From NCBI RefSeq assembly GCF_006345805.1, contig NC_043014.1, forward strand, positions 9,424,001 through 9,488,000: a stretch of 64,000 nt of DNA. The letters are read 5' to 3'. Source of the stretch: Octopus sinensis. Its lineage: Eukaryota. Below are positions 53,709 through 64,000 of the stretch, one piece after another. Within the stretch, counting starts at the first letter, position 1. Every line of letters begins with the position of its first letter. The notes beneath the pieces are model-generated. The model saw nothing but the letters and a program-made list of their open reading frames with translations, had not been told where the DNA came from and made no database searches. The translations under genes were made by a program, and so were the position numbers.

Positions 53709-54449
53709 ACACACATATATATATGTGTGTGTGTGTGTGTGTGAAAAAATATATATGAGAAAAAATGCTTGAAAAACGCTTGAAAGATAGGAGTAGATAG
53801 GAGTGATGAAGGGTCCGTACTCTTTGTTGACCTTTCCTGTTCTCCATGTGTTCTCTCGGTTCTTTACATATTTAACTATTTTGTTTGCGTATTTCATGTT
53901 GTTTGAACTGTTGATGACATCCTGTGGCCGTATGTACATATACATATATATCAATGTGTATATATATATATATATATAATATATATATTGTTTAATTGAA
54001 AGCGACGTATCTATTTCCAAGTAAGTATATATATGTGTGTGTGTGTATGTGTGTGCGTGTGTGTGTGTGAGTCTGAGTGTGTGTCTTTTCGAATTTGATT
54101 GTCCTGAGCACCTCTTGACATCCATTGTTTAGCTCTCTGTACCGTAGCGGTTCAGCCAAGAAATCAATATAACAGATCGATAGGATGCGCACTGGTTCGA
54201 TGTAATTGACTTACCCCTACCCCGAAATTGCTGACCATACCCCAAAATTCCAAAGCATTATTATTAGTAGTAAAAGTATTAGTAATAGTAGTAGTAGTAA
54301 AATTTGTAGTTGTAGTGATATTGCTGGTGTTTGTGAAATGTAAACTTTCATTTCCAAAGAATCAATATAATTGCCACTTAAGTTTAATTAATTAATATTC
54401 ATCAATAATGTAAAACCGACCACTATCGACGAATGCATTTCAAACAAGA

Positions 54450-54760
54450 GGCAAAATTTCTCGTTTCGTTTCTAGAAATCTTTAAGTAAAAAATTCCTGT
54501 TTGTTCCTGAATTGTATGCGACCTATGAAAATACTCCATCGTTACCAACTAGTAATATTTTGTGAATGATAAATTCAAAGAGTATGAAGGATGCGAAAAT
54601 ACTTCCAATTGAAACAGCCTTATTCTTTCATCCATTTTGTTTTTATTTTGGAAGAGAAAATCTTTGTAATATAATACTGGAGAACAATACATATTCTCGC
54701 TTCAAATGCTGACCACATTCCATGTTTCTTTTTCGCAATCATGTTGCTAGCATTACGATT
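54450..54760 (-). mobile_element. Very decayed mariner-like fragment
   Basis: LEVFSHPSYSLNLS (cf. WEVLPHPPYSPDLAP) at ~54570-54612; boundaries uncertain. Confidence 0.35.
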
Positions 54761-55092
54761 GTTTTGCATTCATATTCCTCGGTAATCGGTTCCACCAGAA
54801 TTAAGAATAGTGTTTACAAACGAGTGATCATTTTTACTGATCTACAGACTGCTGTAAGTGGTTGAAAATGAAGTTTGGTTGTCAATGTTTAAGTGAGGTA
54901 TATGCTACCGATATAATATGAAGATTTTAGCACATTTGTTTCATTTATTTCTGCCCAAATTCGCTATAAAAAGTCATTTATTAGATCAATGATTATCACG
55001 CAGTCCTGAATCGTAATGATACATCTTCTGAAACCATATCTGTATTTACAACACTTTAGAGATTCCATAGATATTCAGAGATTCCACATATA

Positions 55093-55263
55093 GGCGCAGG
55101 AGTGGCTGTGTAGTAAGTAGCTTGCTTACCAACCACATGGTTCCGGGTTCAGTCCCACTGCGTGGCACCTTGGGCAAGGGTCTTCTACTATTGCCTCGGG
55201 CCGACCAATGCCTTGTGAGCGGATTTGGTACACGGAAACTGAAAGAAGCCTGTCGTATATATG

Positions 55264-55294
<31 letters not shown>

Positions 55295-55509
55295 ATGTTT
55301 GTGTGTCTGTGTTTATCCCCCTAGCATTGCTTGACAACCGATGCTGGTGTGGTTAAGTCCCCGTCACTTAGCGGTTCGGCAAAAGAGACCGATAGAATAA
55401 GTACTGGGCTTACAAAAGAATAAGTCCCGGGGTCGAGTTGCTCGATTAAAGGCGGTCCTCCAGCATGGCCGCAGTCAAATGACTGAAACAAGTAAAAGAG
55501 TGAAAGAGT
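55093..55509 (+). mobile_element. SINE family A, full length
   Basis: Reference copy used for the family. Confidence 0.92.
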
Positions 55510-57031
55510 AGATATTCAGCAGTTAATGCTCATTGCTTCTCTGATAGCACTTCCATTTCGAAATTCATATCTGTTTTATAAGGTTAAATTGTATTATAAA
55601 CTGACAAGAAGTGAAAGTTTGGTACAACATACTGTTTCTTAAATAGAAACGAGTAAAATATACTAGACGCCGTTGTCTTTCATTCAAGAGTCGCCATATC
55701 TTAATTCTTTGATTAATTTGCATGAGCGAAATCCGTAAGGGAACCTGATTGTAATAAGAGTATTACTTTTAAAAAGAAAACAAAATACAAATAACGAAAA
55801 CAATAGATAATTTCATAACGATAAACTCTTAACACAAATAATAATTATCGTAGTGTAGATCATAATAATATTATTGACAAAAAGAACACTAATAATAAAC
55901 ATCACAAAATTAAGTCTAAAAACAAATTTAAATAATAGAACTTCTAATCGAGCCAATAGTGAAGTATTGACTAGATTACTAGTCTGTACCTCTACTTAAA
56001 TAGTGAAGAGGAGATACAAATAATGATAAGGCTAATGCTATGATGGCGTTGATGCTTAAATCAGTAATCTATTGATAAAATATTGATAATGAAAGATGAA
56101 AGATGAAAGCAATTTTCATAGATTAGAAAGGAAAGGGGCACAAGAGACACTTATGGGGAAATGGAGAGAACGGAGTGTTGGGGGGACCAGGAGGGAGCAA
56201 AAGGGGAAGAGTGAAAGGTGAAGAGATTAAAGAAAGGGAACGTTAAAAGATGAAAAGATTAAGAACGGTCGTGGAATTCACTGCACAGACGTGATGCTTT
56301 TAATATTTTTTATGAATATCGAATTGTGTATGCTGTGTGTTTTGGGTAAATGAAGAAGCAAAATCTCAGACAAATAATGGAGAAGAACACAAAGATGAAG
56401 ACGAAGAAGAGGAAGGAGTGGAACAAAAAAGAGAAGATGAAAAAGAAGAACAAGTAATACAGGAGGTGAAGATACTTTTTTTAAACGGAGAAGAATAAAA
56501 GATGAAATAAAATGGAGAGATAAAGCAGGAAATTTTGCTGAAAGATGCAGACGATAAAAATAATTAATAAAAGGAAAGAAGTAAAAAAAAAATAAATGCA
56601 TATAAAAATGGCAAGAAAAGATTTTAAAATATGTAGTGAAACAGTAGGGCGTCTTTGTAGAAAGGACTCTGTGAAAGAGTTTCAAAAAAAAACATTAGGT
56701 GCTAGATGTATAAAAAATAATCAATGTCGTCTGTTTACGCAAATAATGTCGGGACGATAATATATTCAAATCCTGTCGGTGAAACACGTGGATATTTGTA
56801 CGTGATAATTCTACAATATTCAATATGACAAACGCGGCGAATTGATAAATATACAACTGTTTAAAAAAAAGATTATGATTTTGAAATTTTCACTTTTATC
56901 AAGATACCAAGAACGATTGATAATCCACACGAATATAGAACGGCAACATAATTATGGAATTACAGAATGGTATTTTCACGAGATTGTCGAACTGGTACGC
57001 AGCATTTACGCAGACTATAGAGTGAAAACAA

Positions 57032-57406
57032 GATTATTTCTATTCTAAACACATGGCCCGAAATTTTTGGGAAGAGGACCTGCCGATTAGATCGATCTCA
57101 GTACACAGCTTGTACGTAGTTTATCGAACCCAAAAAGTTGAAAGGCAAAGTCAACCTCGGCGGAATTTGATCTCAGAACGTAAAGACTGACGAAATACCT
57201 ATTTCTTTACTACTCACAAGGGGCTAGACACAGAGGAGACAAACAAGGACAGGCAAACGGATTAAGTCGATTATATCGACCCCAGTGCGTAACTGGTACT
57301 TAATTTGTCGACCCCGAAAGGATGAAAGGCAAAGTCGACCTCGGCGAAATTTGAACTCAGAACGTAACGGCAGACGAGACGTGCTAACGTTTCTGCCAGC
57401 TCGCCG
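57032..57406 (-). mobile_element. SINE family C array (2 units with different tails)
   Basis: TSD TAGAGTGAAA(A)CAA near 57017 and 57410. Confidence 0.85.
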
Positions 57407-58753
57407 ACTTAGAGTGAAACAATTAAAAATAAAAATATTAAGGAGAGTTGTATCATTAGAGGTGTATTATGCAGTTACATATCTTATGAATTATTTTCTT
57501 TAACTTATATAGTTTCACGAAGACAACGTTTCTGGGCACCTGTTGAAGGAATTGCCCGTGGCTTATATGTAGTTACAAAATAAATATGTTGCTTTGAAGA
57601 GGGATCAGCTATATACTTTCTTTACTTTTTTAAACGTCTTCAGCAATATGGAGTTCCCTCGGTTGGCGGCGAGCCAGAAAAATCGTTACCACGCCACGCA
57701 AAATACTTAGTGATATTTCGTTCGTAATTTTATGAGTTCAAATTGCGCCAAGATCGACTTTGCTTTTCATCCTTTCAGGATCGATTAAATAAGCACCAGT
57801 CGAGAACTGGAGTCGAAATAGTAGACCTTCTACTCACATTTTTAACCAATATAACGGTTCCTGAAAACTTGAGGAAAGTATTTACCTAATGTTATAGAAA
57901 TGCGTATATTTTGATGGTAAATAATTTGTGTGATTATTGATAAAACGAGATATGATTAATAACTTAAATGGACAAATTACAGCGAATTAGGATGATTAAG
58001 ACTGACGTGTTGGTTATCGTACTAAAAATTTCTCTATGATCATAATCGATATGTGTATATATGTTAGATATTTGGCTAGTTGATCTACAATCACGTTTTA
58101 CCCCATAAAGGGAGAGAATTTGAGATAGTGACAGACGTTCGTAGAGAGTTAAAAGAAGAGATGTAGAATGTGTGAATATACTAAAAAGATCATTGATACA
58201 AAGGAAGAGGAGAATGACAGTATACATATACACGTGTGTGCGTGTGCATGTGTATATTCGAATTTCTATAATGCAAAATCAATTGAAAATATAATTTTTT
58301 TCATTTTATTTTTCACTACTTATTACCATTTAGTGTAATGATTCTTCTTTTGAAAATTAAGATTCATTTCATCATTTTGTAGAAGTATCAAGAAATTTCA
58401 TAAATATAAGCTCATAATTTTTGTATATATGCCATATTTTGCGATATTAAGAATGATAGTAAAAGTTTGAAATACGTTTGAAAATACTATTTGAACGTGT
58501 ACATAGTTTAAAGTCGGATAACAGTATGCTCAATGCCAAGATGTTTTGAAGCCCTTGGAAGTTCACTCTCAGATGAGGAAAGACAATATATATATATTAT
58601 ATTAAATTATATTAAATTATATATATATATAGAAGTTCAGAAAAATTTAGATTCAAATGAATATGGTACTTAAGTCAGATGCACCAGAATTTTGTACGGT
58701 GTTATCCATATAAATCCATGGGGTGATTATAATCAAAGGGAGAGGATTTCTTT

Positions 58754-58798
<45 letters not shown>

Positions 58799-58800
<2 letters not shown>

Positions 58801-59088
58801 CGCCGTGATAACCGTGACCGACCAGGCTATCAGATGTTGCTACACATCGCTGGTCACAATGCGCTTCGCATTGTTTTAGCCTTTAAATGACGCCACTCCG
58901 CTGGCTAAGCGAGCAGGCCAACAGAAGAAAGAGTGAGAGAAAGTTGTGGCGAATGAGTACAGCAGGGATCACCACCCCCTGCCGGAGCTTCGTGGAGCTT
59001 TAGGTGTTTTCATTCAATAAAAACTCACAGCGCCCGGTCTGGGAATCGAAACCGCGATCCTACAACCGCGAGTCCGCTGCCCTAACCA
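58799..59088 (-). mobile_element. SINE family B, tail type 3
   Basis: Matches 50391-50689. Confidence 0.9.
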
Positions 59089-59089
59089 C

Positions 59090-59136
<47 letters not shown>

Positions 59137-59270
59137 TAGATATTAGGAAGTTATAAGTAGATATTGCGGGCCATATAGAGTACATTGGTTTCGCATCTCT
59201 AAAGCGCCGAGCTGTATAGGCAAATTGTCGGGATTTATGAACTACTAGAGATACGTATTCATACACACAC

Positions 59271-59331
<61 letters not shown>

Positions 59332-59348
59332 CATATATATATATATAA

Positions 59349-59557
59349 TTAGAAAATGTAGAAAAGCACATATTAACAAACATCGATTGGACCACATTTA
59401 TAGCTAATGTTTTAATACAAAGCATGACAAAACGAAATAGGTGACGTAGATATGTTACGCCTCCTATTTTGCTTTGTCATAATTTGTATTAAAAAATAAG
59501 TTATGAATGTGGTCCAATCGATGTGTTTGTTAATCGGTGGTTCTTTTCAATTTTCTA
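59349..59557. repeat. Imperfect palindrome (~100-bp arms)
   Basis: ACATCGATTGGACCACATT..ATGACAAAACGAAATAGG / CCTATTTTGCTTTGTCAT..AATGTGGTCCAATCGATGT. Confidence 0.88.
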
Positions 59558-59810
59558 AATCTTTGCATTGGTTCCTGATAAACTCTTGCTTATCCTGATG
59601 TAATCTGCACGCTACGTGCATGGTGTGTACCTGCACACCAATGTCTGAGGATAATATAGGGAAGGGATACCGATAGTATATACGAAGGGATACAGATAAT
59701 ATGTACATAGTATAATATATACATAGTATAGGGAAGGGATTCCGATAAAATATACGGATATTTTATCCCTTAGTCGCATATTATAACCGCTAACTCTGTT
59801 TACACTATAT

Positions 59811-59847
<37 letters not shown>

Positions 59848-60149
59848 GTTTGTGTGTGTGTGTGTGTGTGTGTTTGTGTGTGTGTGTATGTGTGTGTGTT
59901 TGTGTGTCTGTGTGTGTGTCGTAAAACTAGAAACTATTTCTATATATTAAATATACATTTTTCGAGTTAGTCAAAACAGTTATAGTATAGAAGACTTTGA
60001 TATTTCTTATCAGAAAGTTTCAAAAGCGTCTCTCGTACCTCGGATCGTATATTCAAATCTAACCCAGATAGGGATCAGTAGGTAGATTTCGTTGTGCTTC
60101 TTATTTTTGCAATAAAAATTTGAAAACTATCTTCAGGCCTAACTAATCT

Positions 60150-60373
60150 TGAAGCTGATCTTGTGTTGTGAAGCTGATCTCGTGTTGTGAAGCTGATCTT
60201 TTGTTGTAAAGCTGATCTAGTGTTGTGAAGCTGATCTAGTGTTGTGAAGCTGATCTTGTGTTGTGAAGCTGATCTCGTGTTGTGAAGCTGATCTAATATT
60301 GTGAAGCTGATCTAATGTTGTGAAGCTGATCTTGTGTTGTGAAGCTGATCTAGTGTTGTGAAGCTGATCTAGT
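60150..60373. repeat. 19-20 bp minisatellite (GTGAAGCTGATCT[T/C/A]GTGTT), ~11 copies
   Basis: Directly visible. Confidence 0.95.
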
Positions 60374-61179
60374 GTAGTGTATGTTATTGAATAGTTTGAT
60401 GGGTATAAGTCGAATGTTACAATCATAAGTGACTGATGGATTAGACGTATGATTAAACAAACAACCGATAAGTTAATTGCTTAAGCAGTTAATTAGTTTG
60501 TGCGTTAAATATTGGGATAATGATTTTCCTGATACACAAAAGAAGATCTATAATTCTGAGTGATAAGAAAACTAATAAGATGATTAATTGAAATAAGTTC
60601 ATAGCTTACGCATTCTATTCTGAATGTTGACACCTATCCACTAATCTGTAGTCATTGTTAGACCGTTGTTCATATGCTCATAATTGTCCTTTAGCAACAA
60701 AATGAAACAACTGATATATTATGAGAAAATAATTCGCATTTTGTTGAAGCAATCATCGTAAATTCTGAACTATCGTCAACAATCGCCTCTAGTATTTTCT
60801 TTTAATTTCTTCAACTTCAATAAACGGAAGTACTTGTTCAGAAGGAATTGATTACTTCAACATATAACGCAATTATGGGGAATTATACAAAACCGTATCT
60901 TTGGTCCTTTGAGTTATTTCCTCTTAACTCTAAAGTAAATGCAGTGCAACAGACGTAAACCGACATATAAATACATATAGGCACAAGCAACCACTGCAAA
61001 CATAAACTCACATTCACACACACACCCATACATGCACAGAGACTCAAGCACATACATATAGCCGGTCTGTTTGTGCACTGGCAATCTGGGTCATTCTTCA
61101 GTCGAATACTATGTAGCTAAAGCAGTAAATATAACCATACCCGCTAGTATCATACATATAGATCCAATTTTCCTTTACA

Positions 61180-61220
<41 letters not shown>

Positions 61221-61250
61221 TATTTAAAAGCAGCGGAAATATAACAAAAG

Positions 61251-61288
61251 CTGTTACTCAGAGTTTCAGGTTCCCGTTCGTTGGAAAG
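61251..61288 (-). ncRNA. Decayed HHR-like motif (CCGANGA family)
   Basis: CTTT-CCAACGA-ACGGGAACCT-GAAAC TCTGA GTA-ACAG; homologous to 39278-39354. Confidence 0.5.
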
Positions 61289-61575
61289 GGTTTGTTAAAA
61301 TAGAGCAGAAACTAGTTAATAGAAACACCTTTAAAAATGGATTTGTTTCATTGGTCCTTTCAATTAACGGTCTTAAGCATGCAATGAATAAAATAAATGA
61401 ATTCAATGTAAATTCACCCCATTATAAATTCGAAGAAAACCTTAAATCGAAGAGTAGATTCAAAATACATATTCTAAATAATTACATACGAAATTAATTA
61501 ATACATTAAAATTAAAATTTTCACACTGCATTACATAAATATTTTACAACCGTATATACCCATACTAGACATCTA

Positions 61576-61638
<63 letters not shown>

Positions 61639-62085
61639 CATCAAAATACACGGATTTATACACACAGCAACATACTTATACAGGCATATATATGTAAGAC
61701 ATAAATATACGCACAAATATACATATACATATGTACATATTTGTACGCAACTATAACCGCATACGAATATCTCTTGGTGTATACATATAGAAGTTATAAC
61801 AGACAACGTAGATGGGAAGTATATCTTAAACGTAGGAGAGAGAAAAGGAAAAGAAGGATCCTAAACGTTACAGCTAGCGAAAAAAAGAGGTAAGGGGGAG
61901 GAGAGGAACGCATTGTTAAAAGACGCTATCAAAGTAACGAATAGGGAGAGAACGGATACTTCGCGTAAGGAAAAGAAAGAAAGATAGGTGGCGGAATATG
62001 TGTAGCAAACGTACACAAAATAGAATTACATATATATGTGTATACACAAGTGTATATTAGTATAAATACACATATAAGATCATAT

Positions 62086-62128
<43 letters not shown>

Positions 62129-62131
<3 letters not shown>

Positions 62132-62274
62132 GGAGTAAACACATAAATGTGAAACAAGGTGGAAAAAAGAGTACTCAAATACCAGTGGTAGAGTAATAAA
62201 AAGCATATTACTCTACCACTGGTATTGAGTACTCTTTTTTCCACCTTGTTTCACATTTATGTGTTTACTCCGGT
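62129..62274. repeat. Near-perfect palindrome (~68-bp arms) made of the PLE-type end seen at ~39180-39250
   Basis: ACCGGAGTAAACACATAAATGTGAAACAAGGTGG..AGAGTAATA / TATTACTCT..CCACCTTGTTTCACATTTATGTGTTTACTCCGGT. Confidence 0.93.
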
Positions 62275-62876
62275 CTAACCCGATCCTTGTAAAAGTTTGA
62301 GCGACTCTGCACAAGTAGGAAGAACAAACAGCTGAAAAAGTATATATATATATATATATATATTTATACGGAAATATGCACGTAAATACACATCCACTCA
62401 AATATAGGTGTAGAGACATGCATACATATACATCCATTTTCGTATGTGCATGAGTATAAACACACACGCTTACTTACACATATGCATAGACGCACATATA
62501 CGAATACATATACAGGCAAACAATACAGACATCCGTATAAAAACATAACTTTTTTTAAAAATTGCTGAGTGTATAATAATAAAAATCGGATAAAAGACAT
62601 GCAAAATAGAACACCATATCTCGACTTATCTACAAATATAAGGATTAAGTGGGTTTCTAAAATACAATAAAATGAAATAAAAATAAAGATAAACTCTTAG
62701 ACATGAAAATAATATATACATATAACAATCGAAGGTTTTCTTGAGAAATATGTCGAAATATATACAATATTTTTCGATGCGAAATAAAGTGTCTTACTCA
62801 AGAATACAACACGCAGCTCGATCCGGGAATCGAACTCACAACCTCACGATCATAACCTCGACGCTCTAACCACTGA

Positions 62877-63002
<126 letters not shown>

Positions 63003-63049
63003 TAAATAAATAAATGGACTTTAACGCAGGTATAAATCAAATACTTTTA

Positions 63050-63134
63050 CTTTCGACACATGTTTCGAAGACTTCACTGATATTATTCAAAAGAATGAAT
63101 GGTATTAAACAATGCAATTTTCTCGTCGGGGAAG
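63050..63134 (-). ncRNA. HHR-like motif with long helix II
   Basis: CTTCC-CCGACGA-GAAAATTGCATTG..CAGTGAAGTCTTC-GAAAC ATGT GTC-GAAAG. Confidence 0.6.
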
Positions 63135-64000
63135 GGAAAAAACGAAACTCGTCAATAAGAGATTTTAACAGAAATAAAGTGGAATAAAGTGTCTTGCTCA
63201 ATTAAAGTATCCTGGTAACTAAGACAAGGTAGAAAATGCTAACATTTTTTCATCATCAAGAACATTTTAGAATCGGTTTCAGTATTTTTGATTTTTTCAA
63301 CATAGAGATAATAGTGAGAAAGAAATTGTGAAAAAAGTAAAGGAAATGTTTCATTAAAATATTTCCATAGTTTCCAAACGCAAGAAACATTTTCCTTTTT
63401 TCTGTCTGTGTCTCCCTTCTTTTTACTCTTGTGAAGTTTTCGCAGCAGGTAGTAGTTAATAGTATTTCAAAATTAATATTTGTTTCGAGTCCTTGGTTTT
63501 GATTTTTTAAAGATCAGTAGTAGCAGTGAAGAAGAAGAAGAAGAAGAAAGTGGGAAAGAAGAGAAAGAGTAATAAAAATACGGGAGTGCTATCATAGTTG
63601 TAGGATGCTGTTGGAATCCTCTTAAATGGTCAAGTGACCTGTGAGTGACATGTTGTGATTGTAATATTAGTGATTGGAATAGTCCTGAATAAATTCATGG
63701 CTAGTGACTGGAGTCGTTGTTATCGTCTATCTAACCTCACTAGCAAATTGCTGACCCGGCACCTAAATCATAAACTTCTGCATCAATAAATATACATGAT
63801 TATATATATATATATATATAATTGTGTACGTATGTGTGTGTATACTTGCGTATATATGTGCGTAGTGTCTGCGTGTCTGTATTTGAATTTTTATATGCGA
63901 TCTTGGTTGATTTACTCTTTCAAGTGCGTTTCATGTGAAACCGTGAGCTGTAAATATTATTGTTTGAAGGTTCACTTTGCCAATAAAATTCTTATGAAAT

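Noticed and set aside
58528-58580. Minus-strand CTCAT-CTGAGA...AAAAC...TTGAG as an HHR
   Set aside because: Too many core mismatches to support.

Overview
AT-rich, repeat-dominated eukaryotic DNA, most consistent with an octopus (cephalopod) genome. That assignment rests on my recollection of the SINE families and is not verified. I found no intact host gene: almost all ORFs in the track are translated microsatellites or SINE read-throughs. The window holds dozens of tRNA-derived SINEs from several modular families, three non-autonomous Helitrons, decayed mariner transposases, RTE-like and Tx1/L1-like LINE fragments, and a decayed Penelope-like element (PLE; RT + GIY-YIG). The main unexplained signal is about 14 minimal type-I hammerhead-ribozyme (HHR)-like motifs of several distinct types, mostly in short PLE-type ends next to (TA)n tracts. 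They include a family with U at the normally conserved A6, tandem and inverted pairs, and a GC-rich rod-like element carrying an intact catalytic core (~39.45-39.71 kb). A second theme is SINEs that appear to insert into or recombine with themselves, giving ~180-bp tandem arrays and tail swaps. All structures were paired by eye and coordinates are approximate.
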